Assembly (NCBI GenBank): GCA_036393515.1
Contig: DASWGV010000085.1
Span: forward strand, 14,782-78,781
Source of the DNA: Gemmatimonadales bacterium
GTDB lineage: Bacteria > Gemmatimonadota > Gemmatimonadetes > Gemmatimonadales > GWC2-71-9
DNA: 64,000 nt
Direction of reading: 5' to 3'
Positions 23,742 through 36,400 of this stretch are shown here, in pieces. Each line of letters starts with the position of its first letter. Position 1 is the stretch's first letter. The position numbers and the translations under genes were made by a program. The notes under the pieces are model-generated. The model did not search any database and was not told the origin of the DNA. It saw nothing but the letters and a program-made list of their open reading frames with translations.

Positions 23742-24518
23742 TCACGGCGTCCCGATGACCGGAGGACAGGTATCGGCCAGTCCCTCCGCGTCCGGGTAGT
23801 AGCGCCGCAGATGGTCGCAGGTTTCGCGCTCCTCCTCCGCGTACCCAACGGCGCGGTACGACTCCACCAGGCGGAGCAGCGCGCGCGCCGCGAACTGCGA
23901 CTGGGCGAAGTTGGCGACCACCGACCGGAAATAGATGATCGCCGAGTCGTAGGCCTTGAGGCGGAAATAGAAGAATCCGTTGAGATAGTCCTTCTCGGCG
24001 AAGCGGTCTTCCAGCGCCGCCAGTTTGATGGCGGCGCGGGCCGCGGCGCGACTGGTCGGAAAGCGGGCGAGCAGCTCCCGATAGACCGCCAGGGCACTCT
24101 CGCCGTAGAGCGGGTCCAGCTCCGGGTGCTTCCATAACTCGGCCAACGCGTCGCCGCTCCGCAGCAGGGCATCGGCGGCCAACGGATGCCCGCCATGCCC
24201 GTCGGCCACCCGACGGAACTGCCGGGACGCCTCCAGGTACAGCCCGGCCGCGTAGTCGCACTCCGCCAGGCGGTACATGGCTTCCGCCACTCGTGGGTCG
24301 CGCGAGGATAGCTCGCCCACCGCGCGGGACAGTCCCGGCTGGGCCCGCTTACAGCGGCCCGCCCGGTAATTCGTGTCCGCAGCCGCCAGGATCGAGTCCA
24401 TCGGCACCACCGGCTCGGGCGGCTTGGGCCCGCCGCCGCAGCCCGCGGCGACCACGATGGCGGTCACGAGAATCCAGCCGTGTGTCACGCGCTCTGCCTC
24501 ACCGAATCTCCGTTCCAC
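23742..24518 (-). CDS. bamD: outer-membrane protein assembly factor BamD (YfiO-like TPR lipoprotein)
   Basis: Lipobox VVAAGC. TPR helices, including FAEKDYLNGFFYFRLKAYDSAIIYFRSVVANF, typical of BamD. Confidence 0.7.
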   Translation of the reverse strand: MERRFGEAERVTHGWILVTAIVVAAGCGGGPKPPEPVVPMDSILAAADTNYRAGRCKRAQPGLSRAVGELSSRDPRVAEAMYRLAECDYAAGLYLEASRQFRRVADGHGGHPLAADALLRSGDALAELWKHPELDPLYGESALAVYRELLARFPTSRAAARAAIKLAALEDRFAEKDYLNGFFYFRLKAYDSAIIYFRSVVANFAQSQFAARALLRLVESYRAVGYAEEERETCDHLRRYYPDAEGLADTCPPVIGTP

Positions 24519-25410
24519 TCCCGAGCGCGTTCAGCCGCTCGGCCGCCACCTGGGCAAGGGAATCGCCCGGTTCGGCGCCGGCCAGGCTCCGCTGGTAGGC
24601 CTCGGCCGCGGCCACGAAGTCCCCCCGCAACACGAGCACATCCCCCAACCCGATATAGGCGGCCCGGTGTACCGGGTCTTCTTCGGCGCCGGCCGCCGCC
24701 ATGCGAAACCACTGCTCCGCCTGCTCCGGCTGGCCCACATCCATAGCCCCCCGGCCCAGCTGGAGCGCGCACCGTTCCGACGCCCGTCTGGCCGGGGCCA
24801 CCACAGCACCTTCGCGATGCCGCCGGCTCACGCCCTCAAACACGGCGATCGCCTCGGCGCATTGACCGGCCCGCGACAAGGCGATTCCGTAGACGTACAG
24901 CAGGGAGTCCTGGCGCCGCGCGTCGGGCGCCCCGGCCGCCGCGTACGGCAGGACCCGCAGCGCCTCTCCCGGCGGGCCCTCACCACTCACGGTGGCCGCC
25001 AGCCCCAGGGCCAGGGATCCCAGGACGCGCCGAGCGTCAATGGCTCGGAGGGCCAGGAGCGCGGCCGCGAGGGCACCCCGATCGTCGGCCCCGGCCGCCG
25101 CCCGTGCCACTCGTTCGAGCCCATCAGCGGCCTCAGTGGCGCGGGCGGCTCCTCCCTCGCGCGCCAGCTCCTGGTACTCTTCGGCCGCCGCCGCCAGGTC
25201 CCCGGCCCGGAGCGCGGCCGCGCCCGCCTTGGCCCGCAACCCGGCGTTAGGCGTCGTGCGTTGGCGCAGCGCCAGCCGGTACTCCACCAGCGCGTCCGGA
25301 AAGTGGCCCAAGGTATACGCTCGGTCACCCAAGGCCTCGTGGTCGGCGGCAGATCCACCACACGCGCCGGTCAGGACCGCCCAGGTCAGGATTGCGCGGC
25401 GTAGGGCCAC
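24499..25410 (-). CDS. TPR-like repeat lipoprotein
   Basis: MALRRAILTWAVLTGAC lipobox. Ala-rich helical repeats. Confidence 0.6.
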   Translation of the reverse strand: MALRRAILTWAVLTGACGGSAADHEALGDRAYTLGHFPDALVEYRLALRQRTTPNAGLRAKAGAAALRAGDLAAAAEEYQELAREGGAARATEAADGLERVARAAAGADDRGALAAALLALRAIDARRVLGSLALGLAATVSGEGPPGEALRVLPYAAAGAPDARRQDSLLYVYGIALSRAGQCAEAIAVFEGVSRRHREGAVVAPARRASERCALQLGRGAMDVGQPEQAEQWFRMAAAGAEEDPVHRAAYIGLGDVLVLRGDFVAAAEAYQRSLAGAEPGDSLAQVAAERLNALGSGTEIR

Positions 25411-25415
25411 GGTGC

Positions 25416-26129
25416 CTAGCGTCCGTCGGCACGGTCCAGCATGGCGAGGTAGGCCCGGGCCTTCACGTCCCCGGGATTCTGCTCGCGCAAGGCCTGCCAG
25501 ACCGCTCGGGCCGCGGCGGGATCGCCGGAGAGAAAACAGGCCAGGCCCAGGGCCGCGCGCGCCTCGCGGGAGTCCGGCCGCGCCTCCGCCACCAGTTCGA
25601 GTTCCTCCCGCGCCTCCAAGGCCCGGCCCGCGTCCAGCAACAAGCGCCCCAACCGGTAGCGCAGGTCCTGAAACCCGGGACCCAGGCGCAGGGCGGTCCG
25701 GTACTGCTCGATGGCCGACGCCAGAGCCCCGGCCTCCACGTACGCGTCGCCCAGGACGGCATGCTGGTTGGCGAGCTTGGCGGCGTGGTGGGCGGGCATC
25801 GCGCGCGGTTCAGCGGGTGCGGTGCCGGCCCGGGCCGCCGCGAAGGCGTCCGCCGCCTCATCCGCGCGGCCCAGCGCGTTCAACACCAGCCCGCGGTGCA
25901 TCAGCGCCTCCAGATATCGCGGGTTCCGATCCAGCGCCCGGTCCAGCGCTTCCAGCGCCCGGTCGGGCTGTCCCAGAAAATGGTAGGCGAGCCCCAGCAA
26001 ATGGTAGGCGTCGGCGAACGCCCGGCCGGATGTGATCAGATCATCCAACAGGTGGACGCAGCCGTAGTAGTCCTCGAGCGCGAAGCGCTCCTTGGCCTGC
26101 TCCAGCAACTGTTCGGCGCTCACATTCAT
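25416..26129 (-). CDS. tetratricopeptide repeat protein
   Basis: The ATG at 26129 is preceded by GAGG. Repeated TPR units (AYHLLGLAYHFLGQPDRALEALDRALDRNPRY...). Confidence 0.7.
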   Translation of the reverse strand: MNVSAEQLLEQAKERFALEDYYGCVHLLDDLITSGRAFADAYHLLGLAYHFLGQPDRALEALDRALDRNPRYLEALMHRGLVLNALGRADEAADAFAAARAGTAPAEPRAMPAHHAAKLANQHAVLGDAYVEAGALASAIEQYRTALRLGPGFQDLRYRLGRLLLDAGRALEAREELELVAEARPDSREARAALGLACFLSGDPAAARAVWQALREQNPGDVKARAYLAMLDRADGR

Positions 26130-26235
26130 GAGAGGCCTCGCACCAATAGACGATGTCCCGCGCGCCACGCTGGATGGGTACCCGGGGCGAGCATCGCAGG
26201 GTCCGGCGGGTCGCGCCGGGACCGCGTCGCGCGCG

Positions 26236-27171
26236 TCACGCCGCCAACACCTTCCGAAAATACGCGATGGTGCGGGTCAGCCCCTCCTCTAGCGAGATTC
26301 GGGGCTCCCAGCCCAGGTCGCTCCGGATGCGGGTAATGTCCGGACGGCGTTGCCGGGGATCGTCGGTCGGCAAGGGCTCGCACGCCAGCGGACCGCCCGA
26401 CCCGGTGAGCCGCAGCACGACTTCGGCGAGCTGCACCATGGTGAACTCCCCAGGGTTGCCCACATTGTAGGGCTGGTCATCGCCGCGCTCGAAGACCCGC
26501 AGGATGCCGGCAACCAGATCGTCAACGTAGCAGAAGGAGCGCGTCTGCGAACCGTCGCCATAGATCGTGAGCGGCCGCCCTTCCAGCGCCTGCACGACAA
26601 AGTTCGACACCACGCGCCCATCGCGCGGCCGCATCCGCGGGCCAAATGTATTGAATATCCGCACGATCCGCGTGTCCACGCCGTGCACCCGCCGGTAGGC
26701 CATGGTCATGGCCTCGGCGAACCGTTTGGCCTCGTCGTAGACGCCGCGGGGGCCGATGGGATTCACGTGCCCCCAATAGCTCTCCGGTTGGGGATGGACC
26801 GCCGGGTCGCCATAGACCTCGGACGTGCTGGCGAGCAGAAACCGGGCGCCTTTGGCCTTGGCCAGGCCCAGCGCGTTGTGCGTCCCCAGGGAGCCCACTT
26901 TCAACGTCTGGATGGGCAATTGGAGATAGTCTACCGGACTGGCCGGCGAGGCGAAGTGCAGCACGGCGTCGAGGGCGCCGTCCAGGTCGATGTATTGCGT
27001 GACGTCGTGCCGCACCAGCGTGAACGCGGGGGAGGCGAGCAAGTGGTCCACGTTGGTCCGGGTGCCCGTGACGAAGTTGTCCATGCCGACCACGGCGTGT
27101 CCCGCGGCGATCAGGCGGTCGCACAGGTGCGAGCCCAGGAACCCGGCCGCCCCGGTCACCAGAACCCGCAT
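26236..27171 (-). CDS. uxs: UDP-glucuronate decarboxylase (UDP-xylose synthase) family SDR
   Basis: [31 protein letters not shown] catalytic YxxxK. Directly downstream of ugd (TGATG junction). Confidence 0.8.
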   Translation of the reverse strand: MRVLVTGAAGFLGSHLCDRLIAAGHAVVGMDNFVTGTRTNVDHLLASPAFTLVRHDVTQYIDLDGALDAVLHFASPASPVDYLQLPIQTLKVGSLGTHNALGLAKAKGARFLLASTSEVYGDPAVHPQPESYWGHVNPIGPRGVYDEAKRFAEAMTMAYRRVHGVDTRIVRIFNTFGPRMRPRDGRVVSNFVVQALEGRPLTIYGDGSQTRSFCYVDDLVAGILRVFERGDDQPYNVGNPGEFTMVQLAEVVLRLTGSGGPLACEPLPTDDPRQRRPDITRIRSDLGWEPRISLEEGLTRTIAYFRKVLAA

Positions 27172-28478
27172 CAGGCCGGCACTCGTCCAATCCCCACGTA
27201 CGTGAACCCCAGCCCGCGCATCTTGGCCGGGTCGTAGAGATTGCGCCCATCCACGACGATGGGCCGGCGGAGCAACGCCTTGATGCGCGCAAAGTCCGGA
27301 TTACGGAACTGAAGCCACTCCGTCACAATCACCAGCGCATCCGCGCCCTGGAGGGCGTCGTACTGGTGGTCCGCATACCCGACGCGGGCGCCAAAGAGCC
27401 GCTGAGCTTCGTGAATCGCGGCGGGATCGTGCGCCATGACCCGGGCGCCTCCCTGCAGCAGGCACTCGATCAGCGGCACGGCCGGGCTCTCGCGCATGTC
27501 GTCCGTCTCCGCCTTGAACGCCAGCCCCCAGACGGCCACCGTGCTCCGCTGGAGGTCCGGACCCAACAGGTCCGCCAGCTTTTGAAACAGGAGGGTCTTC
27601 TGGCGCTGGTTGACCGCCTCGACCGCTTTCAGCACGTCCAGCGACGTGCCGTGCTGATCGCCGGTGTGGATCAAGGCCTTGACGTCCTTGGGAAAACACG
27701 AGCCCCCGTAGCCGGGACCGGGGAACAGAAACGCCGGGCCGATGCGCCGATCGCTTCCGATGCCCTTACGCACCAGATCCACGTTGGCGCCCACCCGCTC
27801 GCACAATTCGGCGACCTGGTTCATGAACGAGATGCGCGTGGCCAGCATGGCGTTGGCCGCGTACTTGGTCAGCTCGGCAGAGGCAATATCCATGAAGATC
27901 AGCGGATTCCCGGTGCGGACAAACGGCGCGTACAACTCCGCCAGCACCCTCTTGGCTTCCTCCGCATCCACTCCGACGACCACGCGGTCCGGCTTCATGA
28001 AGTCGTCAACCGCCGCGCCTTCCTTGAGAAACTCGGGATTGGAGCACACGTGAAACGAGTACGCCGTGCCGGCGGCGATGGCCCGGCGTACCAGCGCCGC
28101 CGTGCCCACCGGGACCGTGCTCTTGGTAATCACGATCTTGGGCCCGTTCATGTGCTCGCCGATGGTCCGCGCCACGCTCAGCACGTGCTGCAGGTCCGCC
28201 GAACCATCTTCGTCCGGCGGCGTGCCCACGGCCACAAAGATCACCTCGGCAAAACGGATCGCTTCCGGGACGTCCGTGGTGAATCGTAGCCGACCGTCGG
28301 CCTGGTTACGCGTGACCAGCGGCTCAAGGCCCGGTTCGTAGATCGGGAGGCGGTTGGCGCGCAGCGCTTCGATCTTGGCCTCGCTGACGTCGGCGCAAAC
28401 CACATCGTTCCCGGTTTCGGCCAGGCACGCGCCGACCACCAGCCCCACGTACCCGGTGCCCACCACCGCGACGTTCAC
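27171..28478 (-). CDS. ugd: UDP-glucose 6-dehydrogenase
   Basis: [20 protein letters not shown], catalytic GGSCFPKD motif. Confidence 0.92.
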   Translation of the reverse strand: MNVAVVGTGYVGLVVGACLAETGNDVVCADVSEAKIEALRANRLPIYEPGLEPLVTRNQADGRLRFTTDVPEAIRFAEVIFVAVGTPPDEDGSADLQHVLSVARTIGEHMNGPKIVITKSTVPVGTAALVRRAIAAGTAYSFHVCSNPEFLKEGAAVDDFMKPDRVVVGVDAEEAKRVLAELYAPFVRTGNPLIFMDIASAELTKYAANAMLATRISFMNQVAELCERVGANVDLVRKGIGSDRRIGPAFLFPGPGYGGSCFPKDVKALIHTGDQHGTSLDVLKAVEAVNQRQKTLLFQKLADLLGPDLQRSTVAVWGLAFKAETDDMRESPAVPLIECLLQGGARVMAHDPAAIHEAQRLFGARVGYADHQYDALQGADALVIVTEWLQFRNPDFARIKALLRRPIVVDGRNLYDPAKMRGLGFTYVGIGRVPA

Positions 28479-29767
28479 CGGGATCCCCGGTTGCGCAACG
28501 CGTTGCGGGTATCCACGATGGCCTTGGCATTGGCGCGGACCAGATCGTAGTCCAACGCGCTGTGGTCCGTCGTGATCACCACACAGTGGGAGCCGGAAAG
28601 CTCAGCGGCGGTCAAGGGCACGGAGCGCATCACGTGCCCGTCCTCCTTGACTTCCGCCACGAACGGATCGTGGTAGCGGACGTCGGCCCCTTGTTGCAGC
28701 AGCAGTTTGATGACGTCCAGCGCCGGGCTCTCGCGCATGTCGTCAATATCCTTCTTGTAGGACACCCCCAGCACCAACACCCGGGAACCTCGCACCGGCC
28801 GCGCGTCGTCATTGAGGCGCTCCGAGACCTTTCGCACCCAGAAGGCGGGCATCTCCGAGTTCACCTCGGCGGCCACGTCAATGAACCGAGTCTTGTAGTT
28901 CAGGCCGCGCATTTTCCACGCCAAGTAGTGCGGATCAATGGGGATGCAGTGCCCGCCCAGCCCGGGACCCGGCGTGAACTTCATGAACCCGAACGGCTTG
29001 GTGGCAGCCGCTTCGATCACCTCCCACACGTCCACGCCCAGCTTGTCGCACACAATGGCCATCTCGTTGGCCAGGCCGATGTTCACGCTACGGAACGTGT
29101 TCTCCAGCAGCTTGACCAGCTCGGCCGCCTCCGGCGACGACACCGGAACCAGGCGGTCAAACACCGGTTCGTAGAGCGCCATCACCACCCGCAGGCATTC
29201 CGGGGTCAGGCCGCCGACCACCTTAGGGGTGTTGCGAGTGTGCCAGGTGGGGTTCCCGGGGTCCACCCGCTCAGGGCTGAACGCCAGAAAAACGTCCGTC
29301 CCCACCTTGAGGTTCCGTTTCTCCAAGATGGGCAATAGCAGTTCGCGGGTGGTTCCGGGATAGGTGGTGCTCTCCAGGATCACGACCTGGCCCTGCCGCA
29401 CGACCCCGGCCACCGACTGGGCCGCGGCCATCACGTAGGACACGTCCGGGTCTTTGGTCTTGGAGAGCGGCGTCGGCACGCAGATGGACACCGCGTCCAC
29501 TTCGCCCAGGCGGGACGCCTCCGTGGTGGCGGAGATTTTCCCACTCTTGACCAGCCGCGCCAGGTCCGCCGGCGCGACGTCGAGGATGTGGGACTCACCC
29601 CGCCCAACCCCGTCCACCACGCGGCGGCTCAGGTCGTAACCCACGACGCGATATCCCGCCCGCGCCAACTCCACCGCGAGCGGCAGCCCCACGTAGCCCA
29701 GCCCGATGACCCCGAACACGGCGGACCGGTCCTGCGCCTTGGCGATGAGTGTGTCTTGCGGACTCAT
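28475..29767 (-). CDS. wbpA: UDP-N-acetyl-D-glucosamine (or mannosamine) 6-dehydrogenase, WbpA/WecC family
   Basis: VIGLGYVGLPLA Rossmann motif, GLGGHCIPIDP catalytic Cys motif. Followed by wbpB/E/D-like genes. Confidence 0.8.
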   Translation of the reverse strand: MSPQDTLIAKAQDRSAVFGVIGLGYVGLPLAVELARAGYRVVGYDLSRRVVDGVGRGESHILDVAPADLARLVKSGKISATTEASRLGEVDAVSICVPTPLSKTKDPDVSYVMAAAQSVAGVVRQGQVVILESTTYPGTTRELLLPILEKRNLKVGTDVFLAFSPERVDPGNPTWHTRNTPKVVGGLTPECLRVVMALYEPVFDRLVPVSSPEAAELVKLLENTFRSVNIGLANEMAIVCDKLGVDVWEVIEAAATKPFGFMKFTPGPGLGGHCIPIDPHYLAWKMRGLNYKTRFIDVAAEVNSEMPAFWVRKVSERLNDDARPVRGSRVLVLGVSYKKDIDDMRESPALDVIKLLLQQGADVRYHDPFVAEVKEDGHVMRSVPLTAAELSGSHCVVITTDHSALDYDLVRANAKAIVDTRNALRNRGSR

Positions 29768-30792
29768 CGAACGGCCGGGCGCGGCAGCTCGATGGCCACC
29801 GGCCGCCCCCCTTCCGCCAATGACCGCGCCGCCGCCGCCAGAACGCGTACCACCTCCGCTCCGTCGGCCGCCGTGGCGCGGGGCGGTTCCGCGCCGCGCG
29901 CCACCGCTACGAAATGCCGCAACTCGGCCGTGAGTGGCTCAACGTTCGGAATTCGCGGAACGAAGATATCACCCTCCCGAATCGCCAGGCTCTCGCCGTA
30001 GGACGCGTAGGTCGGCGGGCGATCCACCCCTTTGTCGTACACCTTGAGTTTCTCCCTGGGCTGCATGTCGTCGAATGCCACCATCCGCTTGGAACCCACC
30101 ACCGTGAGCCGGCGCTCCTTATGCGGGTCCAGCCACGAAAGCTGCACGTGGGCCATGACACCGGAATCGAACTCCAGGGTCACAAACACCACGTCCTCTA
30201 TCCCGGGTTGCAGGTACGCCGTCCCCTGCGCGGCCACCCGCACGGGAACCTGACCCAGCAAGTACATGGCCACGGACACGTCGTGCGGCCCGAAGCTCCA
30301 CAGGGCGTTCTCGTCGGGGCGGACCTGGCCCAGGTTCACCCGCTGACTGTACAGGTAATAGACGGTTCCCAGGTCGCCGGCCTGAATCATGGCCCGTAGC
30401 CGCTCCACCGCCGGATGGAACAGCAGGAGGTGCCCCGCGAGCACCGGGATGCCACGGGACGCCGCCAGTTCGGCCACCTCGTCGGCGTCGGCCACCGTCA
30501 GCGCGAACGGCTTCTCCACCAGCACCGGCAGCCCGCGCTCGATGACCGCCCGCGCCAGGGCCGCATGGGTGCCGGCCGGCGTGGCGATCACCGCGGCGTC
30601 CGCCAGCGCGAGGGCGTCCGCCACCTCCCCGGTGATCGAGATTCCGGGGTACTGCGGCCGCAGCTCCTCGCGGCGTTGCGAGCTGGTGTCGCAGATCGCC
30701 ACCAGCTCCACGTCCGCCAGCGACCCCAGCGTACGAACGTGGTTCCGTCCCCACGTGCCCGCGCCGATCACCGCGACCCGCAGGCGGCTCAT
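29764..30792 (-). CDS. wbpB: Gfo/Idh/MocA oxidoreductase, WbpB-like (UDP-GlcNAcA 3-dehydrogenase)
   Basis: The ATG at 30792 (ATGA overlap) gives [19 protein letters not shown]. Assigned from the Gfo/Idh/MocA fold plus context. Confidence 0.7.
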   Translation of the reverse strand: MSRLRVAVIGAGTWGRNHVRTLGSLADVELVAICDTSSQRREELRPQYPGISITGEVADALALADAAVIATPAGTHAALARAVIERGLPVLVEKPFALTVADADEVAELAASRGIPVLAGHLLLFHPAVERLRAMIQAGDLGTVYYLYSQRVNLGQVRPDENALWSFGPHDVSVAMYLLGQVPVRVAAQGTAYLQPGIEDVVFVTLEFDSGVMAHVQLSWLDPHKERRLTVVGSKRMVAFDDMQPREKLKVYDKGVDRPPTYASYGESLAIREGDIFVPRIPNVEPLTAELRHFVAVARGAEPPRATAADGAEVVRVLAAAARSLAEGGRPVAIELPRPAVR

Positions 30793-31949
30793 CGGCAGAA
30801 CTCCCGTACCGCGGCAATGACCTGGTCCTGCCCGTCTGGCGGCAGCTCGGGATACACCGGGAGCGAGAGCACTTCCATGGCCGCCCGTTCCGACTGCGGC
30901 AACGTCCCCCTGGCATATCCCAAGTCGCGGAAGCAGGGCTGGAGGTGGAGCGGCGTGGGATAGTAAACCGCGCATCCGATCCCGCGCTCGGTCAGGTGTT
31001 GGCGCAGGGCGTCACGACGCGGCGTGCGGACGGTGTACTGATGGAAGATGTGCTCGTTGGCCGGGTCCACCCAGGGCGCCGTCACGCCGTCCAGACCGCC
31101 GAACGCTTCGGTGTACCGCGCTGCACGCTCCCGCCGCGCCGCGCTCCAGGCTCCCAGGTGGGGCAACTTGGCGAGGAGCACTGCCGCCTGGAGCGTGTCC
31201 AGCCGACTGTTGGTGCCGACTTCCTCGTGGTGGTACTGCTTGGCGCCGCCGTGGGTGCGGAGGGTCCGCAAGCGCTCCGCCAGCGGTTCATCCTGCGTCA
31301 CGATCATGCCGCCATCCCCCCACGCCCCCAGGTTCTTGCTGGGAAAGAAGGAGAACGCCCCAGCAGTACCCAGCTCGCCGGCCATGCGCCACGCCTCGCC
31401 GATCCGCCGCCGCGCGCCGATGGCCTGAGCCGCGTCCTCGATCACCGTCAACCCGTGCCGCTGGGCGATAGCCATGATGCGCTCCATAGGCACCATTTGG
31501 CCGAAGAGATGGACCGGCACGATGGCGCGGGTGCGCAGCGTGACCGCCGCCTCCACCGCCGCGACGTCCAGGTTGAACGATCCCGGGTCGATATCCACAA
31601 ACACGGGCTTGCCACCCGCGTTCCAGATGGCCCCCGCGGTGGCAAAGAAGGTGAACGGGCTGGTGATGACCTCATCCCCCCGACGCAGGTCCAGCAGGTT
31701 CAGGGGAAGCAGCAACGCGTCGGTCCCGCTGGCGCAGGCGATCCCGAAGCGGGCGGCGCACAATCGCGCCACCGCCTCCTCCAGGCGCGGCACCTCCTCG
31801 CCCATGATGAACTGCTGTCGTTCCACCACGGCGAGGACGGCCGGTATGACCTCCTCCCGGATCTCCTCAAGCTGCGCGCGGAGATCCAAGAGCGGCACGG
31901 TCTGTGGGGCTCTCAAGTTCAACAAGGACTTAACCTTAGGCGTCTGCAC
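30789..31949 (-). CDS. wbpE: DegT/DnrJ/EryC1 PLP-dependent sugar aminotransferase, WbpE-like
   Basis: [18 protein letters not shown]-terminus and the [14 protein letters not shown] lysine motif. No ATG near the conserved N-terminus, so the start is probably GTG 31949 or TTG 31925. Confidence 0.8.
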   Translation of the reverse strand: MQTPKVKSLLNLRAPQTVPLLDLRAQLEEIREEVIPAVLAVVERQQFIMGEEVPRLEEAVARLCAARFGIACASGTDALLLPLNLLDLRRGDEVITSPFTFFATAGAIWNAGGKPVFVDIDPGSFNLDVAAVEAAVTLRTRAIVPVHLFGQMVPMERIMAIAQRHGLTVIEDAAQAIGARRRIGEAWRMAGELGTAGAFSFFPSKNLGAWGDGGMIVTQDEPLAERLRTLRTHGGAKQYHHEEVGTNSRLDTLQAAVLLAKLPHLGAWSAARRERAARYTEAFGGLDGVTAPWVDPANEHIFHQYTVRTPRRDALRQHLTERGIGCAVYYPTPLHLQPCFRDLGYARGTLPQSERAAMEVLSLPVYPELPPDGQDQVIAAVREFCR

Positions 31950-32526
31950 GCGGTCGGTCAATGCGCTCCAGCCGGCCGCCCACCTCCCGGTAGGATCCGC
32001 CGCACGCCGTGCACGCCGCGGTTCCATTCACCAGGTGAAGCCGTTCGCCGCACTGACACATCCATCCCACGCGGCGGGCCGGCACTCCCACCATCAGCGC
32101 ATGCGCCGGCACGTCCGAAGTCACCACCGCACCCGCGCCGATAAAGCTGTATTGGTCCAGCGTGACGCCGCAGACGATCGTGGCGTTGGCCCCGATGGAC
32201 GTTCCCCGCCGCACCAACGTGCGGCGGTACTCGTGCTTCCGCGGCACGTGGCTTCGGGGGTTCATAACGTTGGTGAACACGCAGGATGGCCCGCAAAACA
32301 CGTCGTCCTCCAGCTCGACGCCCTCGTACACGGAGACGTTATTCTGGATCTTGACGTTGTTCCCGATCCGGGTGCCCGGCATCACCACCACATTCTGCCC
32401 CAGCGAGCACCGCTGGCCAATCTGCGCCCCGGGCATCACGTGACAGAAGTGCCAGATCTTGGTGCCGGCACCGATGACGGCGCCGGCGTCGACAAAGGCG
32501 GATGGGTGGACGAAATAGTCAGCCAA
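31936..32526 (-). CDS. wbpD: left-handed beta-helix (hexapeptide) N-acetyltransferase, WbpD/WlbB-like
   Basis: [37 protein letters not shown]... hexapeptide repeats, in the context of wbpA/B/E. Confidence 0.75.
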   Translation of the reverse strand: MADYFVHPSAFVDAGAVIGAGTKIWHFCHVMPGAQIGQRCSLGQNVVVMPGTRIGNNVKIQNNVSVYEGVELEDDVFCGPSCVFTNVMNPRSHVPRKHEYRRTLVRRGTSIGANATIVCGVTLDQYSFIGAGAVVTSDVPAHALMVGVPARRVGWMCQCGERLHLVNGTAACTACGGSYREVGGRLERIDRPRADA

Positions 32527-33433
32527 GAAGCTTCACCTCAAGCTCCAACTCCACTCCGAACTGCTGCTGCACCCGCTGGTGCACGGCGTCAATGACCCGC
32601 TGGACATCGGCCGCGGTGGCGCCGCCGAGATTCACGATGTAATTGGCGTGCATGGGCGAGACCTGGGCGCGCCCAATGGTAAACCCCTTGAGGCCCGCGG
32701 CGTCGATCAGTTGTCCCGCCGTGCGACGCTCCTCACCAGACGGCGGCTCCGGGTTGCGGAACACCGACCCGCAGCACGGTTCATCAAACGGGGTCCCGAC
32801 CTTCCGCCACGCCAGATGGCGCCGCACATCTGCCTCCAGGTCGCCCCGCGCGGCCGGCTCCAGTCGCAGGGTCGTCGCGACCACCACCACGTCCCGCAAT
32901 CCGGAGTCGCGATACTCCCAGCGCAATGCCCCCCCGCTCACTTCGGTGACCGCGCCGGTGGGCGCGACCGTGCGGACCGACTGGACCACACTCGCGAAGT
33001 CCTGCCCATGCGCACCCGCATTCATGACCACCCCACCTCCCACCGTTCCCGGCACCCCAACCAGCCGATGGACCCCGGCCAGGCCGGCAGCCGCCGTCCG
33101 GCGCGCCAGCAGCGGAGTGGGCAGCCCGGCGCCCACCACCCAGGTGTCCGGTGCAACGGCGGTGGCGTGGTCCAACCCTTTACCGATGCGGATAACGACG
33201 CCATCAAACCCGGCGTCGGCGATGAGCACGTTGGACCCCAGCCCGAGCGCGAGCCAACGGGACCCAGTCTCGCCGGCAAAGGCTAAGGCCGCGGCCACAT
33301 CCTCCGCGGAGCGGGGCTCGACCAGGGCCGCCGCCGGTCCGCCGATCCGATAGGTGGTGTACCGGGCCAGCGGCTCATCGCCGCGCACTGCGCCCTCCAC
33401 CCGCGCGCGAAGCTCGGCGAGGGCCGTGGTCAC
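32519..33433 (-). CDS. murB: UDP-N-acetylenolpyruvoylglucosamine reductase
   Basis: [23 protein letters not shown] and a C-terminal [10 protein letters not shown] motif. GTG 33433 forms a GTGA overlap with the carB stop. Confidence 0.9.
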   Translation of the reverse strand: MTTALAELRARVEGAVRGDEPLARYTTYRIGGPAAALVEPRSAEDVAAALAFAGETGSRWLALGLGSNVLIADAGFDGVVIRIGKGLDHATAVAPDTWVVGAGLPTPLLARRTAAAGLAGVHRLVGVPGTVGGGVVMNAGAHGQDFASVVQSVRTVAPTGAVTEVSGGALRWEYRDSGLRDVVVVATTLRLEPAARGDLEADVRRHLAWRKVGTPFDEPCCGSVFRNPEPPSGEERRTAGQLIDAAGLKGFTIGRAQVSPMHANYIVNLGGATAADVQRVIDAVHQRVQQQFGVELELEVKLLG

Positions 33434-36400
33434 CGCGCCGGCCCGGCGCTCCCGGCCGGCGCAGCCCGGCTCTGCTCGGCGCGGCGCCGCACCTCGTACC
33501 ACTCTTGCAACGAGCAGACGGTGCCGCGGCGGGACCGCAGCGCCAGAATGGCGTCGCACGCCGCGCTCGCGGCGGACATGGTAGTGGTGTAGGGCACCCG
33601 ATGCTGCAGCGCCGCCCGCCGCATGAGGTAGTCGTCCCGTTGGGTGAGCTTCCCCAGCGGTGTGTTGATCAGCAACTGGACCTGACCGGACACAATGAGG
33701 TCGGTCGCGTTGGGGCGCCCTTCGTACACCTTGAGCACCAGCTCCGCGGGAATGCCCCGCGCCGACAGGTAGCGCGCCGTCCCCTCCGTGGCGAGCATCC
33801 GGTACCCCATCTCGTGGAACCGCCGCGCGATGGGCGTCACAGTGGCTTTGTCGTAGTCATTCACCGTCACCAGGATGCTGCCTTCCAGGGGCAGCGCCCC
33901 GTCCGCGGCAATCTGCGCCTTGGCAAAGGCCATCCCAAAGCTGTCGGCGATTCCCATGACTTCCCCGGTGGACCGCATCTCCGGCCCGAGCAACGTATCC
34001 ACGTTGGGGAGCTTGGCGAACGGGAAGACGGCTTCCTTGACGGCCACGTAGGGAATGATCACCTCGTCCGGCACTCCCGCCTGGTCCAGCGACTGGCCGA
34101 TCATCACCGCGGCCGCGAGCTTGGCCAGGGGCACGCCGGTCGCCTTGCTCACAAAGGGCACGGTACGCGAGCCGCGCGGATTCACTTCGATCACGTAGAC
34201 CACGCCGTTCTTGATGGCGTACTGCACGTTGATCAACCCCACCACGCCCAACGTGAGGGCGAACTGGCGGGTGTACTCCCGCATAGCCTCCACCTCGGCC
34301 GGACCGATCAGGTAGGGCGGGAGCACACAGGCCGAATCGCCCGAGTGGATGCCGGCGCCTTCGATGTGCTGCATCACCCCGCCGATGGCGCAGCGCCGGC
34401 CATCGCAGATGGCGTCCACGTCGGCCTCGAAGGCGTCTTCCAGAAAGCGATCAATCAGGACCGGGTGCGCCGGTGACACGCGCGCCGCGGTCTCGAAGTA
34501 GCCCCGCAGGGAAACCTCGTCGTACACAATCTCCATGGCCCGCCCGCCCAGCACGTAGGACGGCCGCACCAGCACGGGATAGCCGACCCGGGCGGCCACC
34601 GCGACGGCTTGGTCCACCGCCGTGGCCGTGCCGTTGGCCGGCTGGGCCACCCCCAGCGAGCGGGTCAGCTCCTCGAATCGGCGACGGTCTTCCGCCAGGT
34701 CGATCGCCTCGGGACTGGTGCCGAGGATCGGGACGCCGGCGGCTTCCAGGGCCTTGGCCATCCGCAGTGGGGTCTGCCCGCCGAGCTGCACCACCACGCC
34801 CTTGGGCCGCTCCAATCGAACGATCTCGAGCACGTCCTCCAGGGTGAGCGGCTCGAAGTACAGCTTGTCCGAGATATCGAAATCGGTGGACACGGTCTCC
34901 GGATTGCAGTTGACCATGATGGTCTGGTAGCCCAGCTCCCGGAACGCCAGGCCCGCGCGCACGCAGCAGTAGTCGAACTCCACGCCTTGCCCGATCCGGT
35001 TGGGACCGCTGCCCAGGATGACCACGCCGCGCTCGCCTAACGGCTCGGATTCGTTTTCATCGTCATACGACGAGTACAGGTACGGCGTGGTGGATGGGAA
35101 CTCGCCGGCACAGGTGTCCACCATCTTGTAGGCCGGATGAATGCCGGCGCCCCACCGGAGCGAGCGCAACTGGTCCTCCCCCATCCCGCGGAGGTCGGCC
35201 AGCTGGTGGTCCGAAAAACCCATCCGTTTCATCCGCCGCAGGTGATCCGCCTCGACCGCCGGGGCGCGGGCAAACTCCGCCTCGGCTTCCACCAGCTCCG
35301 CAAGCTGCGACAAGAACCAGGGATCGATGCGAGTGAGGGCCGCGATCTCAGGCACCGTCACGCCGGCCAGCAGGGCGCGCTTGATCTGGTAGATCCGCTC
35401 CGGCGTTGGGGTTCGCAGAGCGGCCTTGAGTGTTTCGGTGTCCTCCCCGTCGAGCCGGTCATCCTTCAGGCGCGCGCCCACCACCCAGCCGGGCCGGTCG
35501 ATTTCCAGCGCCCGGATGCCCTTCTGGAACGCCTCCTTGAAGGTACGCCCAATGGCCATGGACTCGCCCACGGACTTCATTTGCGTGGTGAGCGTCACGT
35601 CGGCCATGGGGAACTTCTCGAAGGCGAAACGCGGGAACTTGACGACCACATAGTCCAGCACCGGCTCAAAGGAGGCCGGCGTGGTCTTGGTGATGTCGTT
35701 GGGCAGCTCGTCCAGCGTGTACCCCACCGCCAGCTTGGCGCCGATGCGCGCGATGGGGAACCCGGTCGCCTTGGATGCCAGCGCCGATGACCGCGACACC
35801 CGCGGGTTCATCTCGATGACCAGGATGTCACCGGTGGCAGGATCCACCGCGAACTGAATGTTGCAGCCACCGGCCGCCACACCGATCTCGCGGATGATCG
35901 CGATGGCGGCGTCGCGCATGATCTGGTACTCGCGATCCGTCAACGTCATGGCGGGCGCCACGGTGATGGAGTCACCGGTATGTACGCCCATGGGATCGAA
36001 GTTCTCGATGGAGCAGATGATCACGACGTTGTCACGGCAGTCGCGCATCACCTCCAGCTCGAACTCCTTCCAGCCCAGCACCGATTGCTCCACCAGCGCC
36101 GCGCCAACCGGAGACAGGCCCAGGGCCTGACCGATTTTCTCCTGGTATTCCTCCAGGTTGTACGCCACACCGCCACCGGTGCCACCCAGCGTATACGACG
36201 GCCGAATGATCGCCGGGTATCCGGTTGCCTGGACCGCGAGCAAGGCCTGATCCATGGAGGTCACCACGGCCCCGGCCGGCACGGCGAGCCCGATCCGCTC
36301 CATGGCCAGGGCGAACTCACGCCGGTCCTCCGCCATCCGGATGGCCCGCTCGTCCGCACCGATCAATTCGACGCCGAAGCGGGCCAGGGTGCCGTCCCGG